A stretch of 20,000 bases of DNA from the IMG/VR virus record IMGVR_UViG_3300047323_000676. The stretch is one strand, 5' to 3'. Source of the stretch: an uncultured virus (IMG/VR IMGVR_UViG_3300047323_000676) (taxonomy: Duplodnaviria > Heunggongvirae > Uroviricota > Caudoviricetes). Positions 8,667 to 16,568 of the stretch are shown here, one piece after another. Below the pieces are notes generated by a model. It was not told where the DNA came from, ran no database searches, and saw only the letters and a program-made list of their open reading frames with translations. The translations under genes were made by a program, and so were the position numbers. Position 1 is the stretch's first letter. Each line of letters starts with the position of its first letter.

Positions 8667-9680
8667 TTAATTTGAATTTTCCATTTCACGCTCTCTATTT
8701 TCAAGCTTATTTATTTCATTTGGATCTGATTTAACTTTTACGGCATACTGTGGAGCTAAAGTTGGATAGAATTCTGTATTAATGATTCTTTCTACTTCCT
8801 TAATTTGAACTATGAAGTTTGATAAAGTGCAAGGTCCACCATTACATCTATATGCATTTTTGGGGTCATTCAATTTTTTAGTTTTATATGTATATATTTC
8901 TTGATTAGGAATAATATAGGCAACAGTTCCATGTACATTTGGCTGAGTGATTACCTTATAAAAATGTGTAGGAATAGCCACACCTGATTTACCCAATTTT
9001 CCATTGGTTTTCCCATTTAGATAAATTGGGCCAGTAGTAACATATAATGCATCAGCTTTTAATAAATAGCCACGGACTTCATTTTCTAGGTCTGCCCAAA
9101 TTGTATTTGCTAAATTTTCACGCACCATTGGAATAGTGTTACTAAAATTAAAATGTTGTTGAATAAATTTTAATGGTTCTGTTTTTAAATCTAAAGTTTT
9201 GTTATTATAAACACTTGCCATCTGAGCAGGAGTATAAATACTGTTTAAATAATCCTCAGGATATGCCAACATGCTAGAGGGTAAGTCAGCATCAGGTTGA
9301 AACTTAGCATCGAATTCATAGTTTTTAGAGATAAATTTTTTTCCATATAAATTTAAATGCTCAGAAGTCCAAATTGGAACTTTCAATTTTGGATCATATT
9401 GATTGGCAAAATTTCCTCGACAAATAAAAAGAGATCTAGCCATAATAACTTCATCTTTTACTCTTGGCTCTCCCCAAGTATAGTGTTTACGACATTTATT
9501 AGGTGCTGTAAATTTATCAAGGTTTTTTCCTTCACTATTATCTACTGCTTTTGCTCCTGCTTTAGTGCCAAAAATGTCCATAATAGTATTTTTGGTATCT
9601 ACTGCATAAGAGCTATTAGATAATCCTAATAAACCACACAATAAAAGATAATTAATTTTTTTATAGGTTATTCTTGCCAT
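8667..9680 (-). CDS. Secreted DNA/RNA non-specific endonuclease homolog (NucA/Serratia family), probably catalytically inactive
   Basis: Signal peptide (KKINYLLLCGLLGLSNSSYA-V); family motifs YDPKLKVPIWTSEHL, FQPD, FNFSNTIP, IWADLENEVR, LYVTTGPIY, VAIPTHFYKVI, AYIIPN, EVERIINTEFYP; expected DRGH is TPAQ. Confidence 0.85.
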   Translation of the reverse strand: MARITYKKINYLLLCGLLGLSNSSYAVDTKNTIMDIFGTKAGAKAVDNSEGKNLDKFTAPNKCRKHYTWGEPRVKDEVIMARSLFICRGNFANQYDPKLKVPIWTSEHLNLYGKKFISKNYEFDAKFQPDADLPSSMLAYPEDYLNSIYTPAQMASVYNNKTLDLKTEPLKFIQQHFNFSNTIPMVRENLANTIWADLENEVRGYLLKADALYVTTGPIYLNGKTNGKLGKSGVAIPTHFYKVITQPNVHGTVAYIIPNQEIYTYKTKKLNDPKNAYRCNGGPCTLSNFIVQIKEVERIINTEFYPTLAPQYAVKVKSDPNEINKLENREREMENSN

Positions 9681-9742
9681 TTCAATATTTTCCTTGTAAT
9701 TTATTTAGAATAATAAAAAAATAATTTTTCGCAAGAGTTAAA

Positions 9743-10294
9743 ATGAGCAAGAAAGACCGTAATTGGAAAGTAATATTAAATACCAATAACTATCATAGTG
9801 TATTTATCAGAAATAATCAAAATGATGATGCATTAATGTTGCTCTATAAATATTGGGATGAAATATCTAGTATTGAAGATTATGTAATGTTGGTTCCTAC
9901 ACTTCAAGAAAGGAAGGAATATGACATAAGTAATTATCTTAAAAAATTTGCTCCAATATTAAAATCCTTTATTGATGATAAAAATAAAAGCACATTAATT
10001 GCAGAGGAAAGTGTTTTAAATGCATTGCTAAAACATGATAAGCGCGAAAATTTTTTTAAGTTTTTGATAAAACAAAAGAAAAATATTATATTATTTTGTA
10101 ATTCAAACTACGAAGAATATATTATAAATATACCAAAGCCATATAGTTGTCTTATTTTAGAATATGATGATTGGGTTAATAGTGTAGAAGTATTTGATCG
10201 TTTTTCCGATATTAAAGAAGCGGTTGCAAAGACCTATAACCCATTTAAGAACCCAAATTTAGCTTTTAAGAAATATATTGCCGAAAAAGATTAA
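9743..10294 (+). CDS. Hypothetical protein (183 aa)
   Basis: Uninterrupted ORF filling the gap between neighbours; stop overlaps the convergent gene's stop at TTAA 10291-10294. Confidence 0.65.
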   Translation: MSKKDRNWKVILNTNNYHSVFIRNNQNDDALMLLYKYWDEISSIEDYVMLVPTLQERKEYDISNYLKKFAPILKSFIDDKNKSTLIAEESVLNALLKHDKRENFFKFLIKQKKNIILFCNSNYEEYIINIPKPYSCLILEYDDWVNSVEVFDRFSDIKEAVAKTYNPFKNPNLAFKKYIAEKD

Positions 10295-10755
10295 TCAATC
10301 CATTTATTGTCTGAGCCAACAGGAAGATTAATTTTTCCATTTGAAATAAAGAAATTTGGTGATAAAGAAAAAACTTCATTCCAAATATTATGCTGTTGTT
10401 CAGAATAAATTCTGTAAAGAATTTTTACACGGCCAATCATTTCGCCAAAGGCTTCAATAAAACCATGATTTTTAACTTTAGAAGCACGAGTTTTTGATGT
10501 CATGATCAAATCATATAATTCATTAGTAGGATTCTCCAAATGTTCGTAAAATTCGAATTTTTGAATAATCATAGGAGAATCAATTTGTTTTTTAAATATA
10601 ACAACTTTTAGATCAATAATAACCATGATGCTAAGAGTATCTTGCTTTACATCCAACATGACGATTGCACTATCTTCCTTTCGGGCTGCATCAATACTCT
10701 GATAAAATTCAGGATATATTTTCTTGGTGAAATAAAGTTTCTTCAAAATAAACAT
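10291..10755 (-). CDS. Hypothetical protein (154 aa)
   Basis: ORF directly downstream of a near-consensus promoter. Confidence 0.7.
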   Translation of the reverse strand: MFILKKLYFTKKIYPEFYQSIDAARKEDSAIVMLDVKQDTLSIMVIIDLKVVIFKKQIDSPMIIQKFEFYEHLENPTNELYDLIMTSKTRASKVKNHGFIEAFGEMIGRVKILYRIYSEQQHNIWNEVFSLSPNFFISNGKINLPVGSDNKWID

Positions 10756-10784
10756 AATGGATATACGATAATTTAATTAATTGA

Positions 10785-10813
10785 ATTATATATCCAATAA
10801 CATAATCAGTCAA
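10785..10813 (-). promoter_or_regulatory. Near-consensus sigma70 promoter for 10291..10755
   Basis: TTGACT(10813-10808)-N17-TATAAT(10790-10785). Confidence 0.75.
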
Positions 10814-10824
10814 TTGAATTTTGT

Positions 10825-12357
10825 TTAATATAATTTTTTCATAGCTGATGTATCACTATTTTTTTCTCTTAGTTTTTTCATTACCCTTAAGGTTTGATTA
10901 ACCACCGTTGCATTCTCAAAATATTCCCTATTACTATTCATAATCATTTCACTTTTATAAGAAAAACAACTATCTGTAAATTTATCTTTTTTCAAAATCA
11001 TTTCTGCATCTGAATCATATTTCATTCTATTTCTTAAATCAGAAATTTTCTTATTAATATCATCATTGTTGAGCATTGGTTCATCTTTTTTTATTAGAAG
11101 TTCTAATTCTTTTTGATATTCAAATGAAAGTGTGTTGAATTTTTGTTCATATTTCATCCAATTCTTCCAATTTTTTATACTTGTGTGATTAAACATAGTA
11201 CTTATTCCATCATATTCTTTATAATAGTAATCTATTTTATTTTTTAAGTTCATAGTATATCTAGCACTATCATGGAATTTTGTATTAAATTTGTTTATAA
11301 TTACTTCTTTAAAATAAGTAAAAAGCTTACCAAATGCAGGAATGTCTTCAAGTAATATCTTTTTTTCCAAATTAGCTTTTTTAGATTCATCATATGCAAC
11401 ATCTAGTAATTTATATATACTACCGCCTTTTCTATATCCCAATAAACCTACAAGTGGAATTGGATCATTACTATGATAAAACTGTGTTATACGACCATCC
11501 TTATTTGAGGGAATACTATTAGGGTTTATTGGAACATCAACCCCCCTTCCTAATGCATGGTAAGCTATTGTTGCAAATTTATGATACCATTTTTTTTCTG
11601 AACCAGGAGATCCAAAAGTAAATCCCTTTATGATTGGTTCAAAATTCTCACTTGAATTATCTTTTAAAAATTCCTGAACCATTGCCCCACCTAAGCTATG
11701 ACCATTTACATGTAATTCAGTAATCTTATTAAGAGGATTATTTACATACTCCCGAATATAGTTAATAAGAGGCTTAAAGTTCTCATAATAAGCACTCATA
11801 TCAAGATATGGCCCTTTAATGTATTCCATTAATCTAGAAAATTCTGTTCCTCTAAAAGTTAAATGTAAAGTATAGCCAGGTTTTTCAAAATTTTTACTTC
11901 TTAAAACACATGCATGGGCTAGACCATTAGCTGCACTGTATTGTCCATCTCTATAAGAAAAACTAACCTCATAATTGTAAGAACTTGTTGAAACTCCCTT
12001 TGCAGGGATTTTTAGTTCATGATCAGGTATTTTTTCACAAGTATTTTTAATAAAATTCCATACTTTTAAATAATACATTTGTCCGTTATTTTTTATTGCA
12101 TCTTTAAAAAATTCACTCATTTCTGGTAATGTGCTATTTATATTTTCTATAATCCATAAATTTTTTTCATATACAGCATTAGAAAGAATAGATCCTAACA
12201 TTGCTTCATCTATTTTTTCCAATTTATTAAAAACTGATTGTATTTTTTCAGCAGAGTGTGTTTTCCAATTTAACTTTAAAGCATGCTTATGGTTTTGACC
12301 ATTGTTAGAATTCATTAATTCGTTATTATCATATTTGTAAGGTGTGATTATATTCAT
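10825..12357 (-). CDS. Class-3 lipase-like alpha/beta hydrolase, copy B'
   Basis: FRGTE, VNGHSLGGAM (nucleophile Ser), FTFGSPG, SNDPIP (Asp), KFHDSARY (His); no signal peptide. Confidence 0.85.
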   Translation of the reverse strand: MNIITPYKYDNNELMNSNNGQNHKHALKLNWKTHSAEKIQSVFNKLEKIDEAMLGSILSNAVYEKNLWIIENINSTLPEMSEFFKDAIKNNGQMYYLKVWNFIKNTCEKIPDHELKIPAKGVSTSSYNYEVSFSYRDGQYSAANGLAHACVLRSKNFEKPGYTLHLTFRGTEFSRLMEYIKGPYLDMSAYYENFKPLINYIREYVNNPLNKITELHVNGHSLGGAMVQEFLKDNSSENFEPIIKGFTFGSPGSEKKWYHKFATIAYHALGRGVDVPINPNSIPSNKDGRITQFYHSNDPIPLVGLLGYRKGGSIYKLLDVAYDESKKANLEKKILLEDIPAFGKLFTYFKEVIINKFNTKFHDSARYTMNLKNKIDYYYKEYDGISTMFNHTSIKNWKNWMKYEQKFNTLSFEYQKELELLIKKDEPMLNNDDINKKISDLRNRMKYDSDAEMILKKDKFTDSCFSYKSEMIMNSNREYFENATVVNQTLRVMKKLREKNSDTSAMKKLY

Positions 12358-12391
12358 ATTATCTAGTATTCCATTTATTAATTAAATTCGA

Positions 12392-12446
12392 CAATTCATT
12401 TTGTATTTAAATATTAATTATATCTTTTTAAATACAAAATGAATTG
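12392..12446. repeat. Perfect 20-bp inverted repeat with 15-nt spacer
   Basis: CAATTCATTTTGTATTTAAA (12392-12411) and TTTAAATACAAAATGAATTG (12427-12446). Confidence 0.9.
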
Positions 12447-12654
12447 CATCCATCGTTTCAAGATATTTCTCCATTAATCTTTTAACTTTTTAAATATTTC
12501 TTTTATAGTGCCATATAGTATGTGTTCCTTAATATAGTCTATTAATCTTCAAAATTGTGTTTTTCTAAAGGGAGACATCATCATGATGATTTTTACTTTT
12601 CAAAACACATATATGTGCTAATCCATTAACAATACTATATTGTCCATCTTTAAA
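12418..12654 (-). pseudogene. Collapsed remnant of a fourth lipase copy (type A)
   Basis: Minus-strand translation gives FKDGQYSIVNGLAHICVLKSKN, then after a frameshift FRKTQF*RLIDYIK, then GTHT, then KVKRLMEKYLETMDAIHFVFKKI*; these match, in order, FKDGQYSANDGLAHACILKSKN, FRGTEFSRLIEYIK, GTHT and RVKKLREKYIEKMDEREVVFKKV* of 14195..15769. Confidence 0.88.
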
Positions 12655-12660
12655 TTTTAT

Positions 12661-14166
12661 TTAATATGCTTTTTTCATAGTTGATGTATCATGTTCTATT
12701 TTTTGTAGTTCCCTGATTTTTTCTAAAGTTTTATTAACCTTACAAGCACTATCGTTATATGCATTGTCCATATTAACTTCACTATTATAATCATAGTACT
12801 TTTTTGTAATTTTTTCCTTTTCTAAAATCATTTCGGCATCTGAATTATATCTAATTCTATTTCTTAAATTAGAAATTCTCTGCTTAATATCATCCTTAGT
12901 GAGCATTGGTTCATCTTTTTTAATTAAATCTTCTAATTGATTTTTATATTTAAAAGAGAGCATGTTAAATTCATCTTCATATTTAATCCAATTTTGCAAG
13001 TTTTTAACACTCTTTTGAGTAAATAGAAGATTTAATTCATGATATTCCTGATAATAAGACTCGATTTTATTTTTCAAATTCATAGTGTATCTAGCACTAT
13101 CATGAAACTTTGTGTTAAATTTATTTATAATAGACTCTTTAAAATAAGTAACAAGTGTTCCAAATGCAGGTATATCCTCCAATAATAATTTTTTTTCCAA
13201 ATTAGCTTTTTTAGATTGATGATATGCAATATCTGGTAGTTTGTATGTGCTGCCTCCTTTTGTATACCCCAAGAGTCCTACAAGTGGAACCGGATCATTA
13301 CTATGATAAAATTGAGTTATACGGCCATCACAATTTGGGTTTACACTATTAGGATTAATAGGAATCTTAATGCCACGACCAAGTGCATGATAAGCAACAG
13401 TTGCAAATTTATGGTACCACTTTTTTTCCGATCCTGGTGAGCCAAAAGTAAATCCCTTTATGATTGGTTCAAAATTAGCAGATGAATTATCTTTTAAGAA
13501 TTCTTGAACCATTGCACCACCTAAGCTATGGCCATTTACATGTAATTCAGTAATCTTATTGCTTGGATTATTAACATATTCTTTTATATAATTTACAAGT
13601 GGTTTAAAGTTCTCATAATAAGCACTCATGTCTAAATATGGTCCTTTAATATATTCCATTAATCTAGCGAACTCTGTTCCTCTAAAAGTTAAATGTAAAG
13701 TATAGCCACGATCATTGGGGTTCTTAGTTTTTAAAACACATGCATGGGCTAATCCATTAGCAGCACTATATTGTCCGTCTTTATAAGAAAAACTAACTTC
13801 ATAACCATATGAACTTATTGAAAAACCAGTTGGAGGAATTTTTAGTTCATGATCAGGAATTTTTTCAAAGATGTTTTTTATGAAATGCCAAACTTTTAAA
13901 CAATACATTTTTTCTTTATCTTTTATAGCTTCATTAACAATTGCAGTCATATCTGATAAATTATTATGTATATTATCTAAAACCCATGAATTTTTTTCAT
14001 ATACAGCGAAAGAAAGAATAGAACTTAACATTGCATCATCTATTCTTTCTAAATCACCAAATAAAAATTTTATATTAGATAAAGATTTTAGATTTCCTGA
14101 TCTTATTTCAGCTTCATTATATTCATAGTGGTCAAGTGCATTCATTATTATTCTCGTTTTATTCAT
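12661..14166 (-). CDS. Class-3 lipase-like alpha/beta hydrolase, copy B
   Basis: Same triad motifs (GHSLGG, SNDPVP, FHDSARY); ATG 14166 preferred over TTG 14175; closest paralog is 10825..12357. Confidence 0.85.
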   Translation of the reverse strand: MNKTRIIMNALDHYEYNEAEIRSGNLKSLSNIKFLFGDLERIDDAMLSSILSFAVYEKNSWVLDNIHNNLSDMTAIVNEAIKDKEKMYCLKVWHFIKNIFEKIPDHELKIPPTGFSISSYGYEVSFSYKDGQYSAANGLAHACVLKTKNPNDRGYTLHLTFRGTEFARLMEYIKGPYLDMSAYYENFKPLVNYIKEYVNNPSNKITELHVNGHSLGGAMVQEFLKDNSSANFEPIIKGFTFGSPGSEKKWYHKFATVAYHALGRGIKIPINPNSVNPNCDGRITQFYHSNDPVPLVGLLGYTKGGSTYKLPDIAYHQSKKANLEKKLLLEDIPAFGTLVTYFKESIINKFNTKFHDSARYTMNLKNKIESYYQEYHELNLLFTQKSVKNLQNWIKYEDEFNMLSFKYKNQLEDLIKKDEPMLTKDDIKQRISNLRNRIRYNSDAEMILEKEKITKKYYDYNSEVNMDNAYNDSACKVNKTLEKIRELQKIEHDTSTMKKAY

Positions 14167-14194
14167 TAAGTCCAACAGTTTATTTTGTATTTAG

Positions 14195-15769
14195 TTATAC
14201 CTTTTTAAATACAACTTCTCTTTCATCCATCTTTTCAATATATTTTTCTCTTAATTTTTTCACTCTTTCTGCCGTAAGATCATTGTTTAAGCTTTCTGCT
14301 GTAAGTGCTATATTAGTATGTGTTCCATCTTCTTCCTTTTTAAGCTTATCATTAATTAAAAATTTATAGTAATTTTCAATATTTCCTGTTCTTGCTAAGA
14401 TAGCATCAGCTTCGGAATCATATTTCATTCTTTCTCTAATTTGCAAGATTTTATTATTTATCTCTTCTTTATTAAGATTTGGCTCATCTTGCTTAACTAG
14501 ATATTCAAATGCACTTTTATATTTTATAGATAAAGCACCAAACTCTCTTTCACATTTAATCCAATTTTGCCAATTTTTTGTGCTTTTAGCAGAAAAAATC
14601 TCACCTAATTGTGGATATTCTTTATAGTAGTTTTCAATTTGATTTCTTAAATTCATTATATAACGAGCACTATCATGAAATTTAGTGTTAAATTTATTTA
14701 AAATAGATTCTTTAAAATATGTTACAAGTTTGCCAAATGCAGGGATTTTTTCTAAAAAAATTTGCTTTTCTAATTTAGCTTGCTTTGCCTCTTCATAAGC
14801 TACATCTGGTAATTTATAAGTGTTTCCACCTTTTTCATAACCTAATAAACCAACAAGCGGAACTGGATCATTACTGTGATAAAATTGTGTTATTCGATCA
14901 TCATTAACATCAGAATTATCTTTTGGGACCGTCACACCTCTACCTAATGCATGAAAAGCTACAGTGGCAAATTTATGGTACCAAGTTTTATGTGAGCCAG
15001 GAGAACCAAAAGTAAAACCTTTTATTGGAACTGCAAAAGTTTCAGGTGGGTTATTTTTTAAGAATTCTTGAACCATTGAACCACCAAGACTATGACCATT
15101 TACATGAACTTCAGTAATATGATTAAAAGGATTATTTACATGCTGCCTAATGTATTTCTCTAAAGGTTTAAAATGTTCATAATATGCACTCATATCAAGA
15201 TACGGGCCTTTAATATATTCTATTAATCTTGAAAATTCAGTTCCTCTAAAAGAAATATGTAATACATTACCATCTCCGTCTAGATTTTTACTTTTTAAAA
15301 TACAAGCATGTGCTAGACCATCATTTGCACTATATTGCCCGTCTTTGAAGAAAAAATGAGTTTCATATTGGTATCTATTAGTTAAAACTTGTTCTGAAGG
15401 AATTTTTAATTCATAATCTGGAATTTTTTCAAAAGTATTTTTAAGAAAATGCCAAACTTTTAAACTGTACATTTTTTCTTTATCTTTCATAGCTTCATGA
15501 ACAAATGCAGTCATATCAGATAACTCACTTTTCATGTTAGTCATCATCCATGAATTTCTTTCATATACAGCAAATGAAAGAATAGAATTTAACATTGCAT
15601 CGTCTGTTCTTTGTAAAATATTGAACATTGAAGCATTTTCAGTAAAAGGCAATTTTCTTTCTTTTGCCTTAGTATAATTAAATGTATTTTGATTAAAAAT
15701 AGGTTTTGCTGAAATATCTTCTTGAGAGCATTTATATTTAAAATACTTTTTAAAGGTCAGTCCGTCCAT
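14195..15769 (-). CDS. Class-3 lipase-like alpha/beta hydrolase, copy A
   Basis: FRGTE, GHSLGGSM, FTFGSPG, SNDPVP, FHDSARY. Confidence 0.85.
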   Translation of the reverse strand: MDGLTFKKYFKYKCSQEDISAKPIFNQNTFNYTKAKERKLPFTENASMFNILQRTDDAMLNSILSFAVYERNSWMMTNMKSELSDMTAFVHEAMKDKEKMYSLKVWHFLKNTFEKIPDYELKIPSEQVLTNRYQYETHFFFKDGQYSANDGLAHACILKSKNLDGDGNVLHISFRGTEFSRLIEYIKGPYLDMSAYYEHFKPLEKYIRQHVNNPFNHITEVHVNGHSLGGSMVQEFLKNNPPETFAVPIKGFTFGSPGSHKTWYHKFATVAFHALGRGVTVPKDNSDVNDDRITQFYHSNDPVPLVGLLGYEKGGNTYKLPDVAYEEAKQAKLEKQIFLEKIPAFGKLVTYFKESILNKFNTKFHDSARYIMNLRNQIENYYKEYPQLGEIFSAKSTKNWQNWIKCEREFGALSIKYKSAFEYLVKQDEPNLNKEEINNKILQIRERMKYDSEADAILARTGNIENYYKFLINDKLKKEEDGTHTNIALTAESLNNDLTAERVKKLREKYIEKMDEREVVFKKV

Positions 15770-15804
15770 TTTATAATCTCATATTATTTATATAATAATA
15801 CCAA

Positions 15805-15832
15805 CTTTAAACTAAAAATCAAAAAACTTAAT
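15805..15832 (-). promoter_or_regulatory. Putative promoter for the lipase array
   Basis: Minus strand TTGATT-N16-TATTAT with a TG extension, just after the upstream terminator. Confidence 0.4.
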
Positions 15833-15850
15833 ATTTTTCTAATAATTAAT

Positions 15851-15878
15851 AAGAAAAAAAGCTCTTTGAAAAAGAGCT
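15851..15878 (-). terminator. Intrinsic terminator after 15890..16480
   Basis: AGCTCTTT-GAA-AAAGAGCT (15860-15878) followed on the minus strand by a T-rich tract. Confidence 0.7.
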
Positions 15879-15889
15879 CTTATAATTTT

Positions 15890-16480
15890 TTAAATTTTTT
15901 TTATCATTCTTTCGACATCATCAACACTAACAAATACATCATGAGGCTCATCATCATCGTCATCATCAGTTGAATTAAAAAATATTCTTTCACATTGATC
16001 ATGAATAATTCTCATAGCCCTAAGATGCATATGTTTTGTCCCAATAATAAATCTTTCTTGGTTCTTATAATTTGCGTATAAATCAGGTACATGAAATTCC
16101 CAATCATATAATAACAATCCTCTTGCAACATCTACTCTTGGTTCGTTTTTTACACCCCAAATATAATAAACTTCACTATGAGCATCGGAAGCAAATGCAC
16201 CATGTAAATCAGTATCATTAACAACAATTCCTATTTTAAGTGTGTCACCTAGTTGCCAAAATAAATATGAAAGTTCAAATTTTTTATTATGAAATTCCCC
16301 TTTAACTTGGATAACCATATCACCACAATCACTTTTTATGAAGGTTCCTTCTTCATCAGGTTTAATATAATATTTATCTTGATTTAATAAATGATCTATT
16401 CTAGAAGGAGGAGTATTTAGATGTTCAAGTATAGCATCGAAAAACTCCTGCCTTTTAGAAATAAGTGTTTGTTTATCCAT
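15890..16480 (-). CDS. Hypothetical protein (196 aa) with acidic C-terminal patch
   Basis: AGGAG SD at 16492-16488, own promoter and terminator; DDDDDEPHD near the C-terminus. Confidence 0.8.
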   Translation of the reverse strand: MDKQTLISKRQEFFDAILEHLNTPPSRIDHLLNQDKYYIKPDEEGTFIKSDCGDMVIQVKGEFHNKKFELSYLFWQLGDTLKIGIVVNDTDLHGAFASDAHSEVYYIWGVKNEPRVDVARGLLLYDWEFHVPDLYANYKNQERFIIGTKHMHLRAMRIIHDQCERIFFNSTDDDDDDEPHDVFVSVDDVERMIKKI

Positions 16481-16501
16481 TTCATGTCTCCTAATTATTT
16501 T

Positions 16502-16530
16502 GTTTTAGCAAGCTTGTATTTAAAAGTCAA
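16502..16530 (-). promoter_or_regulatory. Sigma70-like promoter for 15890..16480
   Basis: TTGACT-N17-TAAAAC with a TG extension; back-to-back with a plus-strand TTGACA at 16534-16539. Confidence 0.55.
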
Positions 16531-16568
16531 GGATTGACATTTTCTTATCTTTCTATTAATTGAGAAAC

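Noticed and set aside
9357..9623. 88-aa plus-strand ORF
   Set aside because: Antisense to the nuclease homolog
10758..10796. 8-bp inverted repeat TGGATATA/TATATCCA around the -10 of the 154-aa gene
   Set aside because: Short, AT-rich and with a long spacer; plausible by chance
12418..12654. In-frame TGA/TAG in the lipase remnant as evidence of a recoded genetic code
   Set aside because: The TGA aligns to a Ser TCA codon and the TAG follows a frameshift; all intact genes translate fully in code 11
13871..14369. Plus-strand ORFs 13871..14128 and 14136..14369 as possible lipase immunity or membrane proteins
   Set aside because: Antisense to lipase genes; hydrophobicity is an artefact of reading Lys/Glu/Asn codons in reverse
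10825..15769. Repeated DNA as CRISPR array or DGR template/variable repeat
   Set aside because: Repeats are whole-gene paralogy; no spacer periodicity, no reverse transcriptase in the window, and differences are not restricted to adenines
15948..15968. (TCA)n-like repeat as a possible contingency locus
   Set aside because: Short, imperfect and in-frame; simply encodes the poly-Asp patch
15722..15973. 83-aa plus-strand ORF
   Set aside because: TTG start; spans a promoter, a terminator and the ends of two minus-strand genes; low complexity
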